The position numbers were made by a program, and so were the translations under genes. A stretch of DNA of 64,000 nt, from NCBI GenBank assembly GCA_965203585.1, contig CBDBDC010000001.1:4021-68020 (forward strand), read 5' to 3'. A model generated the notes under the pieces. The model was not told the origin of the DNA, ran no database searches, and worked only from the letters and a program-made list of their open reading frames with translations. This stretch comes from Candidatus Synoicihabitans sp. GTDB taxonomy: Bacteria; Verrucomicrobiota; Verrucomicrobiia; Opitutales; Opitutaceae. Below, one piece after another: positions 37,810-46,164 of this stretch; position 1 is the stretch's first letter, and every line of letters begins with the position of its first letter.

Positions 37810-38512
37810 GACGATCGGGTTCCTTGTGCGGTGGGATCAGGGCGCGCGTGACGCCGCGGGTCGCAACTGCGGGAAGCAGCCAGGCGGCGGCGATCAGCGC
37901 CGGCGGCGGGTAATCATAACGAAGGCTGCCTATGGCGGCGTGTTCGTAGAACCAGAGGTTGCGCAGGTAGTCGTAGTCGACACACACCGACAGCGCCGAC
38001 AGCGGGCTGATGGCGACCGCGGTATTCGCGACAGCCATGCTGCCGGTGAACTCGGCCAGCGTCCCCAGCCATACCGGAGCCGCTGCGAGCAGCACTACCA
38101 GCGTCAGGGTCAGCGCGACGGCCACCGGTTCGGGCGCGAACCGGCCAATCCAGCGCATGATGCTGATGACGCCAAACGTCATCGCTCCGGTCACGGCGAT
38201 CAGGCCCGGCAGCGTCAGCGGCGCGACGTCGCCACGGGCGCCGGACAGGTATGCGAGCAGCCCGCCGCAGAGCGCTGCGAGTACCGCTGCCCAGAAGCTC
38301 CAGACCAGCGCATACCGCAACGACAATCCCGGCGGGGTCTGCACCGACCCGCTCATGATGCCGCAGGCTGTCGCACCAACGAGTAACGATGCCGAAGATT
38401 GCTCTGGACTCAGTGCCACAGCGCTGACGAGGACGGTGGTCGTGACGATGTGCGCAACGGTTCGACCCCCCAGTGAACGAGTGCGTTCCGGCTCGATCTC
38501 AGGCGCGGACAC
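37790..38512 (-). CDS. Hypothetical polytopic membrane protein (first gene of the MoxR/VWA operon)
   Basis: Six or so hydrophobic helices. GTG start. The stop overlaps the next gene by 20 nt. Confidence 0.5.
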   Translation of the reverse strand: MSAPEIEPERTRSLGGRTVAHIVTTTVLVSAVALSPEQSSASLLVGATACGIMSGSVQTPPGLSLRYALVWSFWAAVLAALCGGLLAYLSGARGDVAPLTLPGLIAVTGAMTFGVISIMRWIGRFAPEPVAVALTLTLVVLLAAAPVWLGTLAEFTGSMAVANTAVAISPLSALSVCVDYDYLRNLWFYEHAAIGSLRYDYPPPALIAAAWLLPAVATRGVTRALIPPHKEPDRHESCLR

Positions 38513-38665
38513 GCGGCGGCTCGTTCATTGTAGAGACGTGCTCCCCTGGTGGGCGGCGTTGGTCTGTCATGCGTGACGAACTCTCGTTTCTGGACGGCGC
38601 AGCGTCGGTACGAAGGCAATCCTGCGCCCCACGCGGTGCTCTACCCGTTGGGGGGTCGGGTGGGG

Positions 38666-38732
38666 GTCACCGCGCACCCGCGGGTCGTGCGCGATGCGCG
38701 GTGACGTGTCCGTTGCTGTGGGGACAACGGAC
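38666..38732. other. Two adjacent perfect hairpins in the operon leader/intergenic region
   Basis: GTCACCGCGCA-N18-TGCGCGGTGAC (11-bp stem, 38666-38705), followed immediately by GTCCGTTG-N9-CAACGGAC (8-bp stem, 38708-38732). Confidence 0.6.
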
Positions 38733-38806
38733 GGATCCGCGCCTCTGGAAGGAGGCTGCGCGGACCATTGAACGCGGGCTCCGCCTACGTGTTCGCAGAA
38801 TTCCAT

Positions 38807-38822
38807 TGCAGGGTTCGGGCCA
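38807..38822 (-). promoter_or_regulatory. Candidate sigma-54 (-24/-12) promoter facing the MoxR/VWA operon
   Basis: The minus strand reads TGGCCCG-AACC-CTGCA against the consensus TGGCACG-N4-TTGCA. The GG and GC dinucleotides have the correct spacing. It lies about 295 nt upstream of the GTG at 38512 and next to a sigma-54 activator gene. Confidence 0.45.
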
Positions 38823-38837
38823 CCGTGAGGCAGCAAG

Positions 38838-38866
38838 TATAACTCTATTGTTTACAAAGAGTTATA
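38838..38866. repeat. AT-rich perfect inverted repeat TATAACTCT-N11-AGAGTTATA
   Basis: Read directly. It stands out in GC-rich DNA, overlaps the response-regulator stop codon, and sits just upstream of the sigma-54-like promoter. Confidence 0.7.
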
Positions 38867-40431
38867 GGGGAATCGTAACGCTGGCATTCGGATTGTAACG
38901 AGGCCCGGTGACGACGCGCTGGGCAGCACTGTCGACGCGCTGTACACGCGCGCTGCTCAGCGCGCTTTTTTCGCAGCGTCGTGCGTTTCCGCAGCGTCGT
39001 GCGTTTCCGCAGCGTCGTGCGGTTGATCCCGAGTAGCCGCGCGGCCGCGACCTGATTGCCACCGGTGAGCCGCAGCGCTTCGTCAACGAGCGCGGCTTCC
39101 ACGACCTCGGTCAGGTGCGCGAAGGGCGCCGGCTCGTCGGTGCCGTCGCTGCTTGCCGTTCCGGCGTCGTCGCGGTACTCGGCGAGGGTGTCGGACAACG
39201 CCCGCCGCGCGGCATGTTCCAGCGTCGCGAGCGGTGTTTCGCGGGCGTCCCCCGGCACGGGGTCCGCCGTGTCGAACACCAGGTCGTGAACGGTTAATCG
39301 TTCGCCCGGCGCCGTCAGCACGGAGCGCTTGATCGTGTGTTCCAGCTCACGGACGTTGCCGGGCCACGAGTGTTCCGCCAGGCGCGCGAGCGCGTCCGGT
39401 TCGATGCCGATCATCCGGCGGTCCAGCTCCGTATTGGCTCGGGTCAGGAAAACGCCTGCCAGCGCGTCGATGTCTTCCGCCCGTTCGCGCAGCGGGGGTA
39501 GCTCCAGGTGCGCGAGGTTCAGGCGGTAGTACAGATCGCTGCGGAACGGGTGCGCGCCGTCCGGCTGGTCGAGACGTCGGTTGGAGGCGGCGATGATTCG
39601 CGCCCGCAGCGGTATCGGTGTGACGCTGCCAACTCGCTCGAAGCTTTTCTCCTGCAGCACGCGCAGCAGCTTACCCTGCAGGTGGTACGGCAGTTCGGAA
39701 ATTTCGTCCAGGAACACGGTGCCCCCGTCCGCTGCCTCCAGTCGGCCGGTGTGCCGGCGTTCGGCGCCGGTGAACGCGCCTTTTTCGTGGCCGAAAAACT
39801 CGCTCTCCATCAGGTGTTCGGGAATTGCGGCGCAGTTAACGGCGACGAACGGCGCCGCGGTCCGTTTGCCGTTGTCGTGAATACCGCGCGCAACCAGTTC
39901 CTTGCCGGTGCCGGACTCTCCGGTGATCAGCACCGTCAGATCGTTGTTGGTCAGCAGGCCCATCATCTTGAACACCTGCTGCATGGCCGGACCCTTGCCA
40001 AGCGGCTGGCCGCTCGCGTTCGCGGGTAGCGTATCCGGGCCATCGGACGCTGTTTCGGCCTCGGGCGGCGACGTGCGGTGCAGCGCGCGCGTCAGCAGTG
40101 CACGGATCTGGGTCAGATCGAGGGGTTTGCCGAGATAGTCGAATGCGCCGCCCGCCATGGCGTCCATCGCGGTCTGCACGGTACCTCGTGCGGTCATGAC
40201 GATAACCGGTATGTCCGGATCGTGCTCCTGGATGGCGGTCAGCGCGTCGAGGCCTGACATGCCCGGCATCTGCACGTCCAGGAACGCAACCGCCGGCCGT
40301 TCGGTGCGGGCAATCTCCACGGCTTGCTCGCCGCTTGCCGCAACCAAAGCGACGTGGCCGTCTTGCGCCAGCAATTCGGCAAACGCCTCGCAGATCGCGT
40401 GCTCATCGTCGGCAACCAGGACTTTAGCCAT
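38845..40431 (-). CDS. Sigma-54-dependent (NtrC-family) response regulator
   Basis: REC domain (KVLVADDE...FLDVQMPGMSG). AAA+ domain with GESGTGKE and the GAFTGA motif (HEKGAFTGA). Fis-type HTH (AARLLGINRTTLRK). I chose the ATG at 40431. The C-terminal tail after the HTH is unusually long. Confidence 0.85.
   Translation of the reverse strand: MAKVLVADDEHAICEAFAELLAQDGHVALVAASGEQAVEIARTERPAVAFLDVQMPGMSGLDALTAIQEHDPDIPVIVMTARGTVQTAMDAMAGGAFDYLGKPLDLTQIRALLTRALHRTSPPEAETASDGPDTLPANASGQPLGKGPAMQQVFKMMGLLTNNDLTVLITGESGTGKELVARGIHDNGKRTAAPFVAVNCAAIPEHLMESEFFGHEKGAFTGAERRHTGRLEAADGGTVFLDEISELPYHLQGKLLRVLQEKSFERVGSVTPIPLRARIIAASNRRLDQPDGAHPFRSDLYYRLNLAHLELPPLRERAEDIDALAGVFLTRANTELDRRMIGIEPDALARLAEHSWPGNVRELEHTIKRSVLTAPGERLTVHDLVFDTADPVPGDARETPLATLEHAARRALSDTLAEYRDDAGTASSDGTDEPAPFAHLTEVVEAALVDEALRLTGGNQVAAARLLGINRTTLRKRTTLRKRTTLRKKRAEQRACTARRQCCPARRHRASLQSECQRYDSPITLCKQ
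38972..39025. repeat. 18-bp tandem repeat x3 (CGCAGCGTCGTGCGTTTC; third copy 16/18) inside the regulator HTH
   Basis: Read directly. It encodes RTTLRK-RTTLRK-RTTLRK. Confidence 0.9.
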
Positions 40432-40473
40432 CGGGCGCGCGCCGCTTACGGTTACAAGGCGATGCACGGTGAT

Positions 40474-41859
40474 TCATCGTACCTCGGAGCTCGCGTGTCT
40501 GGGCAGGTGAATGTGGAACGCCGCGCCGCCAAGCCCGGCGCTCGTGTCGAGCGTCATGTTACCACCGTGTGCGCGCACCAGCTCCGCCGACAACGTCAAC
40601 CCGACGCCGAGCCCGCCGTCCTTCGTGGATGTCACGGCGCCCGTTTCGACGGCCTCGAGGAGTCCGGCAGGTACCCCTGGGCCCGAATCCTCGACACGAA
40701 CGGTTACGCGCTTTTCCGATAGAGCGGTCGACACTCGAATAGCGCCGACGTTGCCGACTTCGTCGGCGGCGTTGGTCAGCAGATTATATATGACCTGTTT
40801 GAACCGAGGTGCGTCCAGAGGTACCTCGCCCACGTCGCCCGGCTGCCATGACAGCTCGATCCCACGATGCGCGAGTGACGGTCGCATCAGTTCCAGCACA
40901 TCCTCGATCACCGGATTCAGCGGGGTAGGCACCGGCTGGACATCGGCGTCGCGCCCGAGCGCCAGCGTACTGGCAACCACCAGGTCCAGCCGCTCGACCT
41001 CAGCCGCCAGGCGCTGCGCGGTAGCCTGCAGGTCGGAACCAGCCGTGCGTTCGGTGAGCAGTTGCGCTTGCAGCTGGATGGCGGTCAACGGATTGCGGAT
41101 CTCGTGTGCAACGCGGGCCGCCAGTTCGCCGAGCGCCGCCAACCGGTTCCGCTGCGCGAGCTCGGTTTCGAACTGGCTGATGCTGACCGTCATGTCGTTT
41201 AATGCGTTGGCCAACCGACGTGTCTCGTCGGTGCCGGTTACCGTAGCGCGAACGGTGCGGTCGCCGGCGGCGATGGCGCTCGCCATATCGGACAGCGCCC
41301 GGACGGGTCGCGTGACCGCTCGCGTGCTGCGATGGCCCCACCATGCCAGAATCGCAACGCCGGCGAGCGCAATTCCGCCGAGGGTCAGGGCGCTGTCGCG
41401 CGCCACCTGCTGCGTAACCGACAGCGAGCCAAGCACCGCGATCGCTGCGGCCGGCGCCGACTCCGTCCGCAGACCCCGCAGTACCAGCAGGTAGTCGTTG
41501 CCGTCGATTGTCAGCACGTCGGCACCCGCCGTTGCCCCAGTGTCGCGCCAACGTCCGGCGATCTCGGCATTGGCGGCGGTGGCAGGGCCGAAAGTGCTGT
41601 AGGCCACCGAGCCGTCGCCGGCAATCAGCACGACTTCCGTCTGCTGCAGGTTGGCCAGCCGGGTCAGCACTTCGGGCGTCAGTGGAAACATGCGACTGGA
41701 GATGATGCTGGCCGCGTGGCCGAGCTGTTCCCCGACGCGAGTCTCAAGCGCGTCGGTCAGCAGCGCGTTCGCCAGCCACCAGGCCATGCCGGTACCGACG
41801 ATCACCACGGCGGCAAACGGCAGGAATATCCGGTTGTAGAGGTTGTTCAGCGGCGCCAC
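40474..41859 (-). CDS. Sensor histidine kinase (2 TM, HAMP, HisKA, HATPase_c)
   Basis: H-box AHEIRNPLTAI, N/G boxes (LLTNAADE, DSGPGVP, GLGVGLTLS) and a HAMP-like linker. Confidence 0.85.
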   Translation of the reverse strand: MAPLNNLYNRIFLPFAAVVIVGTGMAWWLANALLTDALETRVGEQLGHAASIISSRMFPLTPEVLTRLANLQQTEVVLIAGDGSVAYSTFGPATAANAEIAGRWRDTGATAGADVLTIDGNDYLLVLRGLRTESAPAAAIAVLGSLSVTQQVARDSALTLGGIALAGVAILAWWGHRSTRAVTRPVRALSDMASAIAAGDRTVRATVTGTDETRRLANALNDMTVSISQFETELAQRNRLAALGELAARVAHEIRNPLTAIQLQAQLLTERTAGSDLQATAQRLAAEVERLDLVVASTLALGRDADVQPVPTPLNPVIEDVLELMRPSLAHRGIELSWQPGDVGEVPLDAPRFKQVIYNLLTNAADEVGNVGAIRVSTALSEKRVTVRVEDSGPGVPAGLLEAVETGAVTSTKDGGLGVGLTLSAELVRAHGGNMTLDTSAGLGGAAFHIHLPRHASSEVR

Positions 41860-42035
41860 TCACGATCCAGGCGGTCCGCTCCACAGAGTAGGGGTTCGGG
41901 CTGCGGGTGAAAAGCATGGGTAGGTAAGCGTGCGGCCGTTGGCGTTTCCGCCCGCACCGGCGCGGATCTGCCAGGCGGACCCGTTGGCCGGTTACAATGG
42001 CCATATTGTGCCGCATTCGTCGAAAAGGGGCTCAC

Positions 42036-43274
42036 GTGTCCGAATTCCGTTCTCTGGGTCCGATGGCCCGGCTCAAACTCGAACTGATGTTCGACGGTGT
42101 CCGCTACAGTCCCGCGCTCGGGCTCGCGGCGGAGCATTCGTTCCCGAACTTCTACCCGTACCGATTCCAGAAAGGCGAGCCTGACCCGACGGGTAAAGGT
42201 AAAGCCGAGATTCCGTATCTGATGAGCACGCCGGACGGCTCGCTGGTGCGCGTGAAAGGCAGCGGCGATTCGCCGTGGGTGGTCACCGGCGACCGGGCGT
42301 CCGGTTATGTGCTCGAGCACGACGACGGCAGGCAACTGGCGGTCGAGTTCGAACCGCGACCGCGCTGGCTCCAGTCCGAGTGCAGTGACGGATTCCCGAT
42401 GTTGCACGCCGGTCTCGGCCAGCACGGCGACATGGCCGTCGTCAACGTGGCGCCCGGTTGCGAGTACTTTCTGGAAAAGCCCGACAAAGTGTCCATGCGC
42501 TGCACGTTCTGCGCGTACGGCGCTCCAGATAAACGTACCGAACATCTCGGCCAGGTTGCGGGCGTGACCGGTTTACCGGCGCGCACGTACCACAGGATTC
42601 AGGAGACCCTTCGTGCTGCCATCGACGAGTGCGACATCGGCCAGATCTACCTCGTTGGCGGATCGTTGACCGACTGGCAGGAAGAAGGCAAACGGTTCCT
42701 GGACATCGCGCGCGCGGTCAGGGAAGCCAATCCCGACGGAATTCCGGTCGCCTGTGGTTCTGGCGCGTTGCCCGCTGACGCGATGGACGCGCTGCACGCG
42801 GAACGCCTGGTGGAGTGCATCAGCTTCAACCTGGAGGTGTTCTCGCCGGAACTTTTTGCACGCATCTGCCCAGGCAAGAACACGTTCGTCGGGTACGAGC
42901 GCTGGATCGGGGCGTTGGAGTACGGCGTGAAACTCTGGGGCAGGGGGCGTGCGTACAGCGCCATGGTTGCCGGGATCGAGCTCGAGCCGGAACATGGCCT
43001 CGACTGGGAACAGGCCGCCGATCTCGCCATTGCCGGCGCGGACGATCTGTGCGGGCGCGGTGTGATACCGATTTACTCGTTGTACTGGCCGGTTGGTGGC
43101 CGCGATCACCCCGACTACATGAGCCGGCTGCGCGGTTATTTCGAAAAGCTGTCTGTGGGCTACCGCCAGGTCCGGGAGCGCCACGGCCTCGAAATCTGGC
43201 CCGGTTTCATGACCCATCGCAGCGCCTACATGCAGCTCGAATGCGACATCGACCGCGAGATCGGTGGCTACTGA
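42036..43274 (+). CDS. Radical-SAM-like enzyme with a non-canonical C-X13-C-X2-C motif
   Basis: Cys codons at 42459, 42501 and 42510 (GCEYFLEKPDKVSMRCTFCAYG). TIM-barrel-like motifs follow (IYLVGGSL, ISFNLEV). The GTG at 42036 follows AAAGGGG; the track ORF starts at 41997. Confidence 0.55.
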   Translation: MSEFRSLGPMARLKLELMFDGVRYSPALGLAAEHSFPNFYPYRFQKGEPDPTGKGKAEIPYLMSTPDGSLVRVKGSGDSPWVVTGDRASGYVLEHDDGRQLAVEFEPRPRWLQSECSDGFPMLHAGLGQHGDMAVVNVAPGCEYFLEKPDKVSMRCTFCAYGAPDKRTEHLGQVAGVTGLPARTYHRIQETLRAAIDECDIGQIYLVGGSLTDWQEEGKRFLDIARAVREANPDGIPVACGSGALPADAMDALHAERLVECISFNLEVFSPELFARICPGKNTFVGYERWIGALEYGVKLWGRGRAYSAMVAGIELEPEHGLDWEQAADLAIAGADDLCGRGVIPIYSLYWPVGGRDHPDYMSRLRGYFEKLSVGYRQVRERHGLEIWPGFMTHRSAYMQLECDIDREIGGY

Positions 43275-44313
43275 GCGATCCTGGAACCGACGGAGCAGTG
43301 GATTGACGAACGAATCACCACCGGTGAGCCCGGCCGGCATCATGGCGCTGTCTACGGCTTACTGGGACTCGCAGGCGCTGCTGACCGCCAATCGGATCGG
43401 CGTATTCGATACGCTCGCGCCGGCGGGTCTGACCGCCGACGCGCTTGCCGAACGCCTGAATCTGGAGCCGCGTCCCACGCGTCTGCTGCTGAACGCATGT
43501 GTTGCGTTACAGCTGCTCGAATTCGATGCGGGTGTATACCGCAACAGCGCGCAGAGCAACGCGTTTCTGGTCAGCGGCAGCCCAGGCTACCTCGGCAACG
43601 CGATTCGTTATTCCGACAATCTGTATGGCGCATGGGGGGAGCTGGAGTCGACGCTTCGAGGTGGCGGCCCGGCTATGGAGAGCGCAACGTATACCGGCGC
43701 GGACCACCAGGTCACCCGGGATTTCGTTTACGGCATGCACGAGCGCGCAATCGGCATCGGGCGCACGATGGTGGAACTGGTCGACCTGACCGGCCGCGAA
43801 CGACTGCTCGACGTCGGCGGCGGGCCCGGCACCTATTCCGCGCTCTTTGCCGAGTGTTATCCGTCGCTGACCTGTCGGGTCATGGACCTGCCGGGGGTAG
43901 TGGCACACGCTATGGACATCGTCGCGTCGTTTGGTGTGGCCGACCGCGTGGCTACCACGGAGGGCGACTTCACCAGGGACCCGTTCCCACAGGGCAATGA
44001 TGTCGTTCTGATATCGGGTGTGTTTCACCGCGAATCGGTTGCCGGATGCCGGCGACTGATCGAGAAAGCGCGCGACGCGCTTGTTCCGGGCGGGCTGCTG
44101 GTTGTCAGTGACGTGTTTGCCGACGCGGACGGGGTCAGCCCCGCGTTTGCGACGCTGTTTGGATTGAACATGATGCTGACCGCGCCTGACGGGGGCGTGC
44201 ACGCGGACGTCGACGTGGCGCGGTGGATGACGGAACTCGGGTTCGAGGTACCGCGCATCGACCCGTTCCCTCCGCCGATGCCGCACCGCGTGATTGCCGC
44301 CACACGGCGCTGA
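43264..44313 (+). CDS. Class I O-methyltransferase (family 2, CrtF/COMT-like, with N-terminal dimerisation/wHTH domain)
   Basis: LLDVGGGPGTYSALFAECYP SAM motif, DLPGVV and GDFTRDPFPQGNDVVLISGVFH. The start is GTG 43264 (11-nt overlap) or ATG 43342. Confidence 0.75.
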   Translation: MATERSWNRRSSGLTNESPPVSPAGIMALSTAYWDSQALLTANRIGVFDTLAPAGLTADALAERLNLEPRPTRLLLNACVALQLLEFDAGVYRNSAQSNAFLVSGSPGYLGNAIRYSDNLYGAWGELESTLRGGGPAMESATYTGADHQVTRDFVYGMHERAIGIGRTMVELVDLTGRERLLDVGGGPGTYSALFAECYPSLTCRVMDLPGVVAHAMDIVASFGVADRVATTEGDFTRDPFPQGNDVVLISGVFHRESVAGCRRLIEKARDALVPGGLLVVSDVFADADGVSPAFATLFGLNMMLTAPDGGVHADVDVARWMTELGFEVPRIDPFPPPMPHRVIAATRR

Positions 44314-44944
44314 CCTCGTGACGTACCGGTGGGAGCACGCCGGGCTGCGCCGCTACGGCAGAACGGCGGTAATCATCGGCGTGGCGATGCTGGTCCCGAT
44401 CGTGCCGTTCGTGATCATCGGCGAACTGCCTGGTGATCGCTGGCTGTCGGCGGTTGGCGACGACGCGGTCGCGTTTGGCGCAGCATCCGCTGCGCTGCTG
44501 GCCGGCGACGTGCTGTTGCCGGTGCCGTCCAGCGTTGTCATTACGCTGCTCGGCGCGCGCCTTGATTTGGTTCCGGGTTGGCTGCTGGCGTGGGCCGGTT
44601 TGTCAGTCGGCAACGCCATCGGTTATGCGGTTGGCAGGGTGTGGCCGGCCCGGTTGGCGCCCGGAATCGCCGAGGCGCCGACTTTTGTTGCGCTCGTACT
44701 GAGTCGGCCGGTTCCTGTCGTCGCCGAGGCGTTTGCGATCGCCGCCGGCGCGCTGCGCGCCGACGTTCGGATTGCGCTGCTTGGCTGCGTGCTCGGTAAC
44801 GCGGGGTATACGCTCGCGCTCGCGTCAATTGGTGCTGCAATTCTCCCCGAAAGTGCGACCGCGGTCTCAATTGCAGCCGCCGTTGTGGTGCCCGTCGTCG
44901 GCTGGATGATCTGGCGTTCGTGGACGCGCGCCCGGTCGGGATGA
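44294..44944 (+). CDS. DedA/VTT-like integral membrane protein
   Basis: Polytopic hydrophobic protein. LLPVPSSVVITLLGA resembles the DedA/SNARE-associated core. The start is uncertain (alternative GTG 44318). Confidence 0.45.
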   Translation: MPPHGADLVTYRWEHAGLRRYGRTAVIIGVAMLVPIVPFVIIGELPGDRWLSAVGDDAVAFGAASAALLAGDVLLPVPSSVVITLLGARLDLVPGWLLAWAGLSVGNAIGYAVGRVWPARLAPGIAEAPTFVALVLSRPVPVVAEAFAIAAGALRADVRIALLGCVLGNAGYTLALASIGAAILPESATAVSIAAAVVVPVVGWMIWRSWTRARSG

Positions 44945-45073
44945 CGGCGCGCGGCGCCCGGATACGCTTGCCGTTGAAACCGCACCGTTCGTCGGTGCGC
45001 GCTTGAGATTGCGGGCGTGCTCCAGTTTAGTAAGGTCGAGCCCGAAACCCCAGTGAGGCGCCCAGTGTCCGCA

Positions 45074-45892
45074 ATGCCAAACGATATTCCACTCGGTCAG
45101 CAGAGTCAGTATGTGTCGACGTACACACCGTCGCTGCTGTTTTCGATGGCCCGCGAAGAAACTCGCAACGGGCTTGGTATCCGCGAGGACGCGCTGCCGT
45201 TCAGGGGTGTGGACACGTGGACCTGTTACGAGTTCTCGTGGCTGACGCCATCCGGCAAGCCCGATGTTGCCGCACTCCGGATTCAGGCGCCGTGCACGTC
45301 CAAGTGTGTCGTCGAAAGCAAATCGATGAAGCTCTACCTCAACTCGTTTGCACAGACGACGTTCTCCGGCCGGCAGGAAGTGCGCCGGACGTTGACGTCG
45401 GACCTCTCGCTCGGTTTTCGAACCGCGGTGCTGGTCGAGATGCTGGACCTGGATCAGCTACCGGTGTCCGACGGTCATTTTCCGGGTGTATGTCTCGACG
45501 AACTGGACGTCCGCATCAGCCAGTACGACTGCGACCCGACGCTGCTGGGCCTGGACGACAGCGACGTGCACGTGCGCGAAACGCTCTACACAAATCTGTT
45601 TCGCACGATCTGCCCCGTGACCGCGCAGCCCGACTGGGCTTCGGTCATGGTCCAGTACGCGGGTAGGCCGATCAACGAGGAGGGGCTACTCAAGTACCTG
45701 ATCTCGTTTCGCAATCACGCCGGGTTTCACGAGGAAGCCATAGAGCGGATCTTCGTCGACGTCCGTAACGTCTGCGCTCCTGACCAGTTGACGGTCTACG
45801 GACGCTTTTTACGGCGAGGCGGGATCGACATCAGTCCGTTCCGGTCCACGTCCGAAGACGCTGGCGCAGACCTCCGCCTGCCGCACCAATAG
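45074..45892 (+). CDS. queF: NADPH-dependent 7-cyano-7-deazaguanine (preQ0) reductase, two-domain type
   Basis: QueF motif VESKSMKLYLNSF. The two-domain length (about 272 aa) and sequences such as PDWASVMVQYAG and ISFRNHAGFHE fit proteobacterial QueF. Confidence 0.85.
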   Translation: MPNDIPLGQQSQYVSTYTPSLLFSMAREETRNGLGIREDALPFRGVDTWTCYEFSWLTPSGKPDVAALRIQAPCTSKCVVESKSMKLYLNSFAQTTFSGRQEVRRTLTSDLSLGFRTAVLVEMLDLDQLPVSDGHFPGVCLDELDVRISQYDCDPTLLGLDDSDVHVRETLYTNLFRTICPVTAQPDWASVMVQYAGRPINEEGLLKYLISFRNHAGFHEEAIERIFVDVRNVCAPDQLTVYGRFLRRGGIDISPFRSTSEDAGADLRLPHQ

Positions 45893-45908
45893 AAGCACCG
45901 TCGCGGCG

Positions 45909-46075
45909 TCAGTCGCCGCGCAGATAGCGTTCCAGCTGATCGGGTCCCGCGTCAGGCGCTCGGCGTCGGCCGGCAGGTCCGCGCGTCGGACCTGCTTCCG
46001 TGACGGGGCGAGCCGAACACGGCGAGCCGGAGTACGGTCGTGGAGATCTTGCCGGTCGGCGTCCGTGCGCTAATA
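45909..46075 (-). pseudogene. Remnant of the 3' end of a hexapeptide acetyltransferase gene (paralogous to 46914-47645)
   Basis: 45909-46005 aligns by eye at about 85-90% identity with 46914-47060. It carries a 51-bp in-frame deletion and a 1-nt deletion. Similarity fades by about 46075. Confidence 0.65.
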
Positions 46076-46164
46076 CCGCTCGGGTGCGTGCCTGGTTGCC
46101 AGCCGCGTCGGGACCGCCTAGCCTTTCGGCTACTGCACGACAACGCCACGCAAGGAACGTAACC

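Noticed and set aside
38616-38630. Second minus-strand GG-N10-GC match (GGGGCG-CAGGA-TTGC), about 100 nt upstream of the operon start.
   Set aside because: It has a poor -24 element and is much weaker than the 38807-38822 candidate. I kept only the better site.
38882-38896. Plus-strand TGGCAT-N5-TTGT, a sigma-54-like -24/-12 match.
   Set aside because: The -12 element has GT instead of the invariant GC. It also points into the antisense of the regulator gene, with no plus-strand gene downstream.
44945-45073. Possible preQ1 riboswitch upstream of queF.
   Set aside because: There is no small hairpin followed by the A-rich tail characteristic of preQ1-I/II aptamers. The queF adjacency to the radical-SAM-like gene also looks coincidental, since that protein is about twice the size of QueE.
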